NCBI GenBank assembly: GCA_035250225.1
Contig: DATFFI010000219.1
Location: 256 to 64,255, forward strand
Direction: 5' to 3'
DNA: 64,000 nucleotides
From: Rhizomicrobium sp.
Lineage (GTDB): Bacteria; Pseudomonadota; Alphaproteobacteria; Micropepsales; Micropepsaceae
Shown here in pieces: positions 8,773 through 16,567 of the stretch. The translations under genes were made by a program, and so were the position numbers. The first letter of the stretch is position 1. Each line of letters opens with the position of its first letter. The notes under the pieces were generated by a model. The model ran no database searches. It was not told where the DNA came from and saw only the letters and a list, made by a program, of their open reading frames with translations.

Positions 8773-11015
8773 CAGCCGCCTTCCGACTCGCGGACGCGAT
8801 CCACCGACTCCACCGCATCGGTGACCCGCAGCGCGCCCAATATGTTCTGCAGATGGGCGACGTCGCGGACCTCGATATCGACGGTGAATTCGAAATAGAG
8901 CGGATTGCGGCTGGTGACCTTGAGATTGAAGATGTTGCCGTCATTGGCGGCGATGGCGGTCATCACCGCGGCCAGGCTGCCCGGGGCATTGTTGACCCGC
9001 ACCAGCACCCGCCCCACCGACAATCCGCTTTCGGCGGCGTTGCGGCCCCAGGCCACGTCCAGCCAGTCATCCATGTTCTGCGCCTTGTCCAGCTCGGCGC
9101 AGTCGATGGTGTGGATCACGGTGCCGACATCCGGCGTCATCAGGCCGACGATACGGTCGCCCGGCAGGGGATGGCAGCACTGGCCCAGCGTATAAGAGAT
9201 GCCTTCCGTGAGGCCGCGAATGGAAATGGGCTTGGCCCTGGACGGTGTTTCCACCCCGGCGGCGCCGGTCTTGCGCGGGGCTTTGCGGCGCTTGAGCTCG
9301 GGAAAGACCGCTTCCAGCACTTCATGGCCGCGCAGGGCGCCACGCCCGACATCGGCATAGACGTCCTCGGCGCGTGGCAGGCGCAGCTTCTTGGCCACCT
9401 CCTCCACCGCTTTTTCGGTGAGTTCGCGGCCCTGGTCGGCAAAGGTCTTTTCCAGGATCTTGTGGCCGAACTTCACATGTTCGTCGCGCTGGGCATGACG
9501 CAGGAAGCGGCGGATCTCGGCACGGGCGCGTCCGGTGACCACGAACTGCTCCCACATCGGCGACGGGGTGGAATCCCGGGTGGCGATGATCTCGACCTGG
9601 TCGCCGTTGCGCAACGGCGTGTGCAGAGCAACGTGATTGCCGTTGACCTTGGCGCCCACCGCGCTGTTGCCCAGATCGGTATGGACGGCATAGGCGAAAT
9701 CGATCGGCGTGGCGCCGCGCGGCAGGGAAATCAGCGAGCCCTTGGGCGTGAAGCAGAAGACCTGGTCCTGGTAAAGCGCCAGCTTGGAATGCTCCAGCGC
9801 CTCTTCGGCGGTGTCGCCCCGCTCCAGCAGGTCCACCATGTCGCGCAGCCAGCCGAAAGTGGCGCTGTCGGGCAGGCCCTGGTCGGGGACATGCTCGCGG
9901 TAGCGCCAATGGGCGGCGACGCCGCGCTCGGCGATGTCGTGCATTTCCTGGGTGCGGATCTGGATTTCCACCCGCTGCTTTTCCGGCCCGATCACCGTGG
10001 TGTGGATGGAGCGATAGCCGTTGGGCTTGGGGGTGGAGATGAAGTCCTTGAAGCGCTCCGGCACCATCTGCCAGTTGGTGTGAATGATGCCCAGCGCCCG
10101 GTAGCAATCGGCAGGCGAGCCGACAATGACGCGAAAGGCGAAGATGTCGGACAGTTGCTCGAAGGACAGCTTCTTGGTCTGCAGCTTGCGCCAGATCGAG
10201 AAGGGCCGCTTGGCCCGGCCATAGACCCAGGCTTCCAGGCCCAGTTCGGCCAGCTTGCGCTTGACCTGGTCGGCAATGCGCCCCACCCGGTCGCCCGAAG
10301 CCATGTCCAACCGGGCGAAATGGGTGACGATGGAGTTGCGGGCTTCGGCATCGAGTTCGGCGAAGGCCAGGTCTTCCAGCTCCTCGCGCATGTTCTGCAT
10401 GCCGATTCGCCCTGCCAGGGGGGCGTAGATGTCCACCGTCTCCTGGGCGATACGGCGGCGCTTCTCCGGCTTCTCGATATAGCCAAGCGTCCGCATATTG
10501 TGCAGCCGGTCGGCCAGCTTGACCAAAAGCACCCGGATATCGCCGGTGATTGCCAGCATCAACTTGCGGAAATTCTCGGCCTGCTTGGTGCGCTCGGAGA
10601 AGACTTCCAGCTGACTGAGCTTGGTCACGCCATCGACCAGGGCCGCGATCTCGTCGCCGAACTTTTCCTTGATATCATCGTAGGTTACGAGCGTGTCTTC
10701 AATCGTGTCATGAAGCAGCGCGGTGACGATGGTGGCCACATCCAGCTTGAGGTCGGTGAGGATGGCCGCCACTTCCAGGGGGTGGGCGAAGTAGGGGTCG
10801 CCCGAGGCCCGGAACTGCTTGCCATGGGCCGTCATCGCGTAAACATAGGCCTTGTTCAGGATCGCCTCGTCCGCGCCGGGATCATAGGACAGCACCCGTT
10901 CGACCAGGTCGGTCTGGCGCATGAGCTTGCGCCGGCCGCGCAGGGGCGCGGCGACGGGGGTGGGTTTCGCGGCCCCTTTGTCAGGAGCCGCGGCCTGGGA
11001 GGGCTGGGCGCTCAT
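8772..11015 (-). CDS. spoT: bifunctional (p)ppGpp synthetase/hydrolase (RelA/SpoT homologue)
   Basis: 747 aa. HD hydrolase motifs (HPLEVAAILTDL, LLHDTIEDT) and synthetase motifs (YRSIHTTV, EIQIRTQEMHDIAERGVAAHW), followed by TGS- and ACT-like C-terminal regions. Confidence 0.93.
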   Translation of the reverse strand: MSAQPSQAAAPDKGAAKPTPVAAPLRGRRKLMRQTDLVERVLSYDPGADEAILNKAYVYAMTAHGKQFRASGDPYFAHPLEVAAILTDLKLDVATIVTALLHDTIEDTLVTYDDIKEKFGDEIAALVDGVTKLSQLEVFSERTKQAENFRKLMLAITGDIRVLLVKLADRLHNMRTLGYIEKPEKRRRIAQETVDIYAPLAGRIGMQNMREELEDLAFAELDAEARNSIVTHFARLDMASGDRVGRIADQVKRKLAELGLEAWVYGRAKRPFSIWRKLQTKKLSFEQLSDIFAFRVIVGSPADCYRALGIIHTNWQMVPERFKDFISTPKPNGYRSIHTTVIGPEKQRVEIQIRTQEMHDIAERGVAAHWRYREHVPDQGLPDSATFGWLRDMVDLLERGDTAEEALEHSKLALYQDQVFCFTPKGSLISLPRGATPIDFAYAVHTDLGNSAVGAKVNGNHVALHTPLRNGDQVEIIATRDSTPSPMWEQFVVTGRARAEIRRFLRHAQRDEHVKFGHKILEKTFADQGRELTEKAVEEVAKKLRLPRAEDVYADVGRGALRGHEVLEAVFPELKRRKAPRKTGAAGVETPSRAKPISIRGLTEGISYTLGQCCHPLPGDRIVGLMTPDVGTVIHTIDCAELDKAQNMDDWLDVAWGRNAAESGLSVGRVLVRVNNAPGSLAAVMTAIAANDGNIFNLKVTSRNPLYFEFTVDIEVRDVAHLQNILGALRVTDAVESVDRVRESEGG

Positions 11016-11095
11016 TCCCTCAGTATATAGGAATTTCCGGGGCCCGCCTTAGCAGGGGCCGCTACAATTCTAGAAATTCTAGCTTTTTCCCAGTA

Positions 11096-11194
11096 GGGGC
11101 CGTCGATTTTGGGGCTTGGGCAGGAGCGTCGCGCGGAGCGGGCTTAAGCCCGTGAGCACGCGCGACGAACCCAAGACCCAAAATCGACGGCCCC
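11096..11194. repeat. 99-bp near-perfect inverted repeat (long hairpin) in the rpoZ-spoT spacer
   Basis: Left arm GGGGCCGTCGATTTTGGGGCTTGGG...GTCGCGCG...GGGCTT pairs with right arm AAGCCC...CGCGCGAC...CCCAAGACCCAAAATCGACGGCCCC. By hand I count about 38 paired positions (18+6+8+6) around a CTTAAG centre. Confidence 0.85.
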
Positions 11195-11200
11195 GTCTAA

Positions 11201-11584
11201 CTACTCTTCGTAATCAGACTCCGGCTCCGGCTGCGGCTCGGCGCGGCGCTGGGCTTCGGTGGTCAGGGCGCGCAGCAGCTCTTCCTCGGTCACCTGACGG
11301 TGCGAGGGATCTTCGCGGTCGTCGGTCTCCGGGCGCACCTCTTCCGGCTCGTCCACTTCGGCATGCTTCTGCAGCGAGCGGATATATTCTTCCTTGGCCT
11401 CATCCGGCTTGACCAGCTTGGCGGCGATCTCGCGCAGCGCAACGACAGGGTTCTTGTCGCGGTCACGCTCCAGCATCGGCTCGGCGCCGCCGGAGAGCTG
11501 GCGGGCACGGAAGCCAGCGGTCAGCACCAGGTCAAAGCGGTTCGGAATCTTGTCGACGCAATCTTCGACGGTGACGCGGGCCAT
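11201..11584 (-). CDS. rpoZ: DNA-directed RNA polymerase subunit omega
   Basis: N-terminus [30 protein letters not shown] is the omega signature. Acidic C-terminal extension. Confidence 0.9.
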   Translation of the reverse strand: MARVTVEDCVDKIPNRFDLVLTAGFRARQLSGGAEPMLERDRDKNPVVALREIAAKLVKPDEAKEEYIRSLQKHAEVDEPEEVRPETDDREDPSHRQVTEEELLRALTTEAQRRAEPQPEPESDYEE

Positions 11585-11872
11585 GAATGTCCTTCGATCT
11601 CAGACGGTTAACCGGCGATAGGACCGGTACGGTGCGAAAGGCGGCGGAAGCTATACAAAGCAGTCAGGCAGGGCAAGCGCCCCATATGCCAGCCTTATGA
11701 CAGGATATAGGGATCGTTCAAGAAAAACCGGCCAAAACCGGGAAAAACGAGCCCCTGGAGAGGAAACAATGCCCGGAAAATCCATCGCCGTCACCGGAAT
11801 TTCGCGCGCCTGGCGACCACCATGTCGAGGGCGCGATCGAGCACCGGCCTGCTGTTGATACCGCCATCGCGG

Positions 11873-12370
11873 TCATTGGTTGAACGGCTCGTGATTTCCC
11901 TCGCGAACCGAATCGCGGATGACGCCGTCGGCAATGGTGTCGATGCGCACTGCTGTTTCGGCCGTCAGGGTTTCACTGCCGGGCTCCGCCCCGTTGGCGG
12001 CCAGGATGTAGGCGACGATGGCGGCATAGGTTTCCGGCGCAAGCGTGTTGGGCTCGCGATACGGCATGCGGGTCTGGACATAGCGGAAATATTCGGCGGT
12101 GCTGCGATTGCCCCAGGCGACGACAAAGCCCGGCCCGATCAGCGGCGTGCGGTGACTGCCATTTTGCAGATTGGGTCCATGGCAGGCAGCACAAGCCGCG
12201 TTGTAAGCCGGGCGCCCGGCGTCTATCTGCGCCTGGGTGAAAGGCCCAATGCCGGAGGTACCGGTCAGGGAAACCTGTGCCGGCGCCGCCAGGGTTCCGA
12301 GCACCAGAAAGCTGCCTGCCCAGGGGAAATATCGCAGGGGACCCGCCCATAAAAGACCATATCCGACCAT
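11873..12370 (-). CDS. c-type cytochrome (monohaem)
   Basis: 165 aa with a hydrophobic N-terminus, a single CxxCH motif (CAACH) and a downstream Met (RMPY) as a possible axial ligand. Confidence 0.75.
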   Translation of the reverse strand: MVGYGLLWAGPLRYFPWAGSFLVLGTLAAPAQVSLTGTSGIGPFTQAQIDAGRPAYNAACAACHGPNLQNGSHRTPLIGPGFVVAWGNRSTAEYFRYVQTRMPYREPNTLAPETYAAIVAYILAANGAEPGSETLTAETAVRIDTIADGVIRDSVREGNHEPFNQ

Positions 12371-12476
12371 GCGTCAGGCGGAAACAGGCGACAAGGGTCC
12401 AGGGACATGGGGTCTCGTGGCCCGGGACCCGGCGGCATCGACATCCCGTTTCACAACCGCGCCGAGGAAAGCCGCC

Positions 12477-12962
12477 CTAATCTTTTAATGCTGCCAGCAT
12501 CCGGCCGGGCGTCAGCCCGGTAACCGGATGACGCCAGTCCGGCACGATCTCAACCAGCGGTTCCAGTACAAAGCGCCGTTCCGCCAGCCGCGGATGCGGC
12601 AGGATCAGCTGCGGCCCTTCCAGAATCACATCCTTGTAGGCGAGCAGATCGAGATCGAGCGTGCGCGGGGCGTTTTTGCGGGAACGGACCCGTCCCAAGC
12701 CCGTTTCGGTATCGTGCAAAAGTTTCAGCAGCACAACAGGTTGTAACGAGGTCTGGAGCGAGGCGGCGGCGTTGGTGAAGGGCGGATCGGCCGGATCGGG
12801 CCAGGCAGCTGTTTCGTAAAAGGACGAAACTTTGAGGACCTCGACGCCGGCGGCGCGCAAAGCCGCCAGCGCGGCCTTCAAGGTCTGTGCCGGCGGGCCC
12901 GCCCGGGAGGGCATATTGGCCCCCAGGGCGATCAGGATTTCAGACGGGATATTGGAGGTCAT
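12477..12962 (-). CDS. folK: 2-amino-4-hydroxy-6-hydroxymethyldihydropteridine diphosphokinase
   Basis: 161 aa: ILIALGANM, PRTLDLDLL, LPHPRLAERRFVLEPL. Confidence 0.88.
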   Translation of the reverse strand: MTSNIPSEILIALGANMPSRAGPPAQTLKAALAALRAAGVEVLKVSSFYETAAWPDPADPPFTNAAASLQTSLQPVVLLKLLHDTETGLGRVRSRKNAPRTLDLDLLAYKDVILEGPQLILPHPRLAERRFVLEPLVEIVPDWRHPVTGLTPGRMLAALKD

Positions 12963-12963
12963 T

Positions 12964-13533
12964 ATGCTTTTCTATCCGTCGGAAAAACTGGCTCTCTTCA
13001 TCGACGGCGCCAATCTCTATGGCGCGGCCAAGGGGCTGGGATTCGACATCGACTATAAGCGGCTTCTGGAGCTCTTTGCCCGCAAGGGCACGCTGGTGCG
13101 CGCCTTTTATTACACGGCCGTCGCCGAAGACCAGGAATTCTCGCCCCTGCGGCCGCTGGTGGACTGGCTGGACTATAACGGCTTCTCGGTGGTGACCAAG
13201 CCGCTGAAGGAATTCACCGACACGCAGGGCCGCCGACGCGTCAAAGGCAATATGGATATCGAGCTGGCGATCGATGTGATGGAGATGTCCGCCTCCGTCG
13301 ATCATGTGGTGATCTTTTCCGGCGACGGCGATTTCCGCCGCATGGTCGAGGCGGTGCAGCGCCGCGGCCGCCGGGTCAGCGTGGTCTCCACCATCCGCAC
13401 CGCCCCGCCCATGGTGTCCGACGAGCTGCGCCGCCAGGCCGACAATTTCATCGAGCTGGACGATCTGCGCAGCCAGATCGCCCGTGAGGGCGGCAAGACC
13501 GGCGCGCCGCAATTTGTGGCCACAACCGGCTAG
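12964..13533 (+). CDS. NYN (LabA-like) domain protein
   Basis: Internal start ATG at 12964 preceded by GGAGG (12953-12957). MLFYPSEKLALFIDGANLYGAAKGLGFDIDYKRLL ... NMDIELAIDVME ... VIFSGDGDF matches the NYN/PIN-like pattern. The upstream part of the tracked ORF overlaps folK and is not credible. Confidence 0.8.
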   Translation: MLFYPSEKLALFIDGANLYGAAKGLGFDIDYKRLLELFARKGTLVRAFYYTAVAEDQEFSPLRPLVDWLDYNGFSVVTKPLKEFTDTQGRRRVKGNMDIELAIDVMEMSASVDHVVIFSGDGDFRRMVEAVQRRGRRVSVVSTIRTAPPMVSDELRRQADNFIELDDLRSQIAREGGKTGAPQFVATTG

Positions 13534-13565
13534 ACCTGGGGAGCGGTTCCGATTAGGTCGGGAGC

Positions 13566-14204
13566 ATGAAAGCGCCCGCCGAACCGCCCAAGGACTGCCC
13601 CCTCTGCCCTCGCCTGGCGGGTTTTCGGCACGAAAATCAGAAGAAGTTTCCGGACTATTGGAATGCGCCGGTGCCCAGCTTCGGGCCGCTGGACGCGCGC
13701 ATCCTGATCGCGGGCCTGGCGCCGGGGCTGCATGGCGCCAACGCCACCGGGCGCCCCTTCACCGGCGACTGGGCCGGCGACCTGCTTTTTTCCACCCTGC
13801 TGAAAACCGGCCTGGCCACCGGAAAATACGAAGAGCGCGCCGATGACTCGCTGCGCTTGGTGAATATCCGCATCGCCAACGCGGTGCGCTGTGTGCCGCC
13901 GCAGAACAAGCCGGAGCCGTCGGAAATTCAGACCTGCCGCCAGTTCCTGGTTTCCGAACTGGAGACGCTGCCCAACGTGAAGGTGATCCTGGCGCTGGGC
14001 AAGATCGCCCATGACAGCGTGCTGAAGACGCTGGGCGCGCGCATCGCCGGCCATCCCTTCACCCATGGCAAAGTGTATGAGCTCGGCAAGTTCAAGCTGA
14101 TCTCCAGCTATCATTGCTCGCGCTACAACACCAATACCGGCGTGCTCACCACCGGGATGTTCGAAAAGGTGGTCCGGGATGCGAAAAAGCTGGCCGAAGC
14201 CTAG
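13566..14204 (+). CDS. uracil-DNA glycosylase superfamily protein (family 4/5-like)
   Basis: 212 aa with CPLCPRL near the N-terminus, motif GLAPGLHGANATGRPFTGD, and SSYHCSRYNTNTG near the C-terminus. Confidence 0.8.
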   Translation: MKAPAEPPKDCPLCPRLAGFRHENQKKFPDYWNAPVPSFGPLDARILIAGLAPGLHGANATGRPFTGDWAGDLLFSTLLKTGLATGKYEERADDSLRLVNIRIANAVRCVPPQNKPEPSEIQTCRQFLVSELETLPNVKVILALGKIAHDSVLKTLGARIAGHPFTHGKVYELGKFKLISSYHCSRYNTNTGVLTTGMFEKVVRDAKKLAEA

Positions 14205-14557
14205 CCCTTGGTGCAGACGGCTTCGATATTGTGGCCGTCGGGATCAAGGATGAAGGCCGCATAGTAATGCGCGCCATACTGCGGCCGCAGGCCCGGCGCG
14301 CCATGATCCCTGCCCCCGGCTTCCAGTCCTGCCTTGTGGAAGGCGTCGACCGCCGCCCGGCTGGCGGCCTTGAAGCCGATATGCACCGGCGTGGGTTTCG
14401 ATCCACCACCGATCACGAAGCACGCTTCCGTGACGCCATAAAGCGCGCCGTCGTCATCGGCATCCAGCGAGCGCAATCCTAGAGGGGCCAGCGCATGGTC
14501 ATAAAAGGCGCGCGACCGCGCGACGTCGGTCACGGTGATATTCACATGATCCAGCAT
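14201..14557 (-). CDS. VOC (glyoxalase/bleomycin-resistance/dioxygenase) family protein
   Basis: 118 aa. MLDHVNITVTDVARSRAFYDHALAPLGL is a typical VOC N-terminal beta-alpha-beta module. It shares a CTAG stop with the convergent UDG gene. Confidence 0.8.
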   Translation of the reverse strand: MLDHVNITVTDVARSRAFYDHALAPLGLRSLDADDDGALYGVTEACFVIGGGSKPTPVHIGFKAASRAAVDAFHKAGLEAGGRDHGAPGLRPQYGAHYYAAFILDPDGHNIEAVCTKG

Positions 14558-14560
14558 GCC

Positions 14561-14788
14561 TTACCGCGCCGGACGGGGCGGAAGCGTGGCGATGTCCGTC
14601 AAAGGCACGATTTGCGCCGCGCTGGGTTCGGTTGAACCCATGACCGCGGGCGGGTTGGCGGCCATGTCATAGACACTGCCTGTCTCACCCGCATAAGGCC
14701 TGTCGCCCGGGTTTCCGGCATTGCCGGTCACCGACGGCGTGCAGCCGCAAAGCGCCAGCACCAACAGGAACTTGAGTGTCGGTTTCAC
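14561..14788 (-). CDS. small putative lipoprotein
   Basis: GTG at 14786-14788 preceded by AGGAGG (complement of 14795-14800). VKPTLKFLLVLALCGCTPSV gives a signal peptide plus lipobox-like LCGC. The tracked longer ORF start has no support. Confidence 0.5.
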   Translation of the reverse strand: MKPTLKFLLVLALCGCTPSVTGNAGNPGDRPYAGETGSVYDMAANPPAVMGSTEPSAAQIVPLTDIATLPPRPAR

Positions 14789-14849
14789 GTGAAACCTCCT
14801 TGCCGCCAGATAGAACGGCAAGGGGTCCGTCCCTGTTCCCGAACCTAAA

Positions 14850-14892
14850 GCGCAATCCGAAAAGTGCGAAGCGGTTTTCGGATAAATTGCGC
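14850..14892 (-). terminator. hairpin downstream of the smpB operon
   Basis: GCGCAATCCGAAAA-GTGCGAAGCGG-TTTTCGGATAAATTGCGC has nested 7+7 bp stems. On the minus strand it is followed by TTTAGGTT. Confidence 0.4.
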
Positions 14893-14929
14893 GAAAAAAC
14901 AAAAGACTAGAGGAGTAACGCTCTTCCTG

Positions 14930-15070
14930 TCAGGGATCGCCTTCATTGTGCATATGGCCCAGGTCGGGCCGCCCGATGATGGCGCGGCCTTCCTGCGCCC
15001 ATTGCTGCTTGGAGCGGATCAGCTTGTCCTTGATCTGGCCCAGGAGGGAGGGCTTGTCGTCGTCGCTCAT
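14930..15070 (-). CDS. hypothetical small protein (46 aa), coupled to smpB
   Basis: ATG lies 5 nt after the smpB TAA stop. MSDDDKPSLLGQIKDKLIRSKQQWAQEGRAIIGRPDLGHMHNEGDP. Most third codon positions are G/C, as in neighbouring real genes. It is too short for the ORF track. Confidence 0.5.
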   Translation of the reverse strand: MSDDDKPSLLGQIKDKLIRSKQQWAQEGRAIIGRPDLGHMHNEGDP

Positions 15071-15075
15071 GGCGA

Positions 15076-15552
15076 TTACCCGCGATCGCGCAGGAGCCGC
15101 GCCTTGTCCCGCGCCCAGTCGCGCTGCTTCTCGGTTTCGCGCTTGTCGTGCACCTTCTTGCCCTTGGCGATGCCCAGCAGCAGCTTGGCCTTGCCCTTGG
15201 CATTGAAATACATTTTCAGCGGCACGATGGTCATGCCCTCGCGCTGGATGGCGTTCGACAGTTTGGCGACCTCGCGCTTGTGCACCAGGAGCTTGCGCGT
15301 GCGCTTAGGCTCATGGTTCATCCGGTTGGCCTGGAGATATTCCGGGATATAGGAATTCACCAGCCAGAGCTCGCCATCCTTGGCGTGGGCATAGCTTTCC
15401 GCGATGGTGGAATGGCCACCGCGCAGCGACTTCACTTCCGAGCCGGTCAGCATGATGCCGGCTTCCAGCGTATCACCGATCGCATAGGCAAAACGCGCCT
15501 TGCGGTTTTCGGCGATCAGCTTGCTGTTGGCGTCTTCTTTCTTCTTGGCCAT
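15076..15552 (-). CDS. smpB: SsrA-binding protein
   Basis: 158 aa: [25 protein letters not shown], and a basic C-terminal tail ([17 protein letters not shown]). Confidence 0.93.
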   Translation of the reverse strand: MAKKKEDANSKLIAENRKARFAYAIGDTLEAGIMLTGSEVKSLRGGHSTIAESYAHAKDGELWLVNSYIPEYLQANRMNHEPKRTRKLLVHKREVAKLSNAIQREGMTIVPLKMYFNAKGKAKLLLGIAKGKKVHDKRETEKQRDWARDKARLLRDRG

Positions 15553-15578
15553 GCCGTGAAGATAGGACGTGCGGCCCT

Positions 15579-16484
15579 TTACTTCAAACCGGCAAAAGCC
15601 AGCGCTTCGCGCACCTTGGCCTGGGAGTCCGCATCGGCCTCCACCAGCGGCAGGCGGACGTCGGACGAACAGAGCCCCAGCAGGGAAGCGGCATACTTCA
15701 CCGGCGCCGGATTGGGATTGGTGAACAGCGCGTCATGCAGCGGCAGCAGCTTGTCCTGGATCGCCAGCGCCGCGCCATAGGCCTGCTGCAGGCACAGAGT
15801 CTGGAATTCCGCGCAAAGCTTCGGCGCCACATTGGCCGTCACCGAGATGCAGCCATGGCCGCCATGGGCCATATAGGCCAGCGCCGTGCCGTCTTCGCCC
15901 GACAGCAACAGCCACTCTTTGCCGTGACTGGCCTTGCCGATGGCGTGGCGCTCGCGGCTCGGACGCAGCAAATTGGCGGTGGCGTCCTTCACCCCGATAA
16001 TGTTGGGGTGCTTGGCCAGCCGCGCCATGGTCTCCAGCGAAATCTCGACAATGGCCCGGGGCGGGATGTTGTAGAGGATGATCGGAATATCGACGGCATC
16101 GGCCACCGCCATGAAGTGGCGATACTGCCCTTCCTGCGACGGCTTGTTGTAATAGCCGGTCACCGACAGCACCGCGTCGGCGCCCACCGACTTGGCGAAC
16201 TTGGTGAAGCCGATGGCCTCGCTGGTGGAGTTGGAGCCGGCGCCGGCAATCACCGGCACCCGGCCCTTGGCCTCCTCGACGCAGATCTCAATCACGCGGC
16301 AATGCTCGTCATGGCTGAGCGTGGGCGATTCGCCGGTGGTTCCGCAGGGAACCAGGCCATGGGTGCCCTGCTCGATCTGCCAGTTCACCAGCTTGCGAAA
16401 AGCCGCTTCATCGACCTTGCCGTCCTTGAACGGGGTGATCAGGGCGGTAATCGAACCTTTAATGCGGGTCGCGATGCTGGTCAT
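15579..16484 (-). CDS. dapA: 4-hydroxy-tetrahydrodipicolinate synthase
   Basis: Start chosen at the internal ATG at 16484 ([19 protein letters not shown]). Motifs [15 protein letters not shown] and GVKDAT (Schiff-base Lys region). Confidence 0.9.
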   Translation of the reverse strand: MTSIATRIKGSITALITPFKDGKVDEAAFRKLVNWQIEQGTHGLVPCGTTGESPTLSHDEHCRVIEICVEEAKGRVPVIAGAGSNSTSEAIGFTKFAKSVGADAVLSVTGYYNKPSQEGQYRHFMAVADAVDIPIILYNIPPRAIVEISLETMARLAKHPNIIGVKDATANLLRPSRERHAIGKASHGKEWLLLSGEDGTALAYMAHGGHGCISVTANVAPKLCAEFQTLCLQQAYGAALAIQDKLLPLHDALFTNPNPAPVKYAASLLGLCSSDVRLPLVEADADSQAKVREALAFAGLK

Positions 16485-16567
16485 GGTCGGTTTCCGGTTG
16501 GCCTCAATTTTGTCCGGTCCGGTCTTCAATATGGCCCCGGGGCGGCTGCTCCGTCTAAGCTGAAGCC

